Positions 63,986 to 64,000 of a DNA stretch of 64,000 nucleotides are shown here, one piece after another (the stretch's first letter is position 1; each line of letters begins with the position of its first letter). The DNA is from Antedon mediterranea (Eukaryota; Animalia; Echinodermata). The notes below the pieces were generated by a model. It had not been told where the DNA came from. It worked only from the letters and a program-made list of their open reading frames with translations, and made no database searches. A program made the position numbers and the translations under genes. The stretch is taken from the NCBI RefSeq assembly GCF_964355755.1, contig NC_092673.1, forward strand, positions 8,990,001 through 9,054,000. The letters run 5' to 3'.

Positions 63986-64000
63986 CTGATTCTGGTCCAG

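Overview
AT-rich eukaryotic (metazoan) DNA. The TE and SINE repertoire suggests a marine invertebrate, possibly a deuterostome such as an echinoderm (inference only). The first 7.5 kb holds the last four coding exons of a + strand TRMT1L (tRNA m2,2G methyltransferase-like) gene. The remaining ~55 kb is a deeply nested mass of decayed transposons. It includes a Helentron-type rolling-circle element (OTU-Rep-Pif1 helicase-APE), five Ty3/Gypsy remnants, Academ transposase remnants and a near full-length L1/Tx1 LINE. It also has CR1/L2-type and RTE/RTE-X-type LINE pieces, three SINE types and many MITEs (Kolobok-like TTAA, Harbinger-like TTA, pogo-like TA, MULE-like 10-bp TSD). The most striking pattern is strand polarity. 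About 18 of about 24 orientable insertions downstream of TRMT1L are on the minus strand, and nearly all of those between 8.6 and 52.8 kb are. That is the architecture of a flamenco-like uni-strand piRNA cluster, but this remains a hypothesis. All family calls come from motif recognition by eye; no database searches were run.
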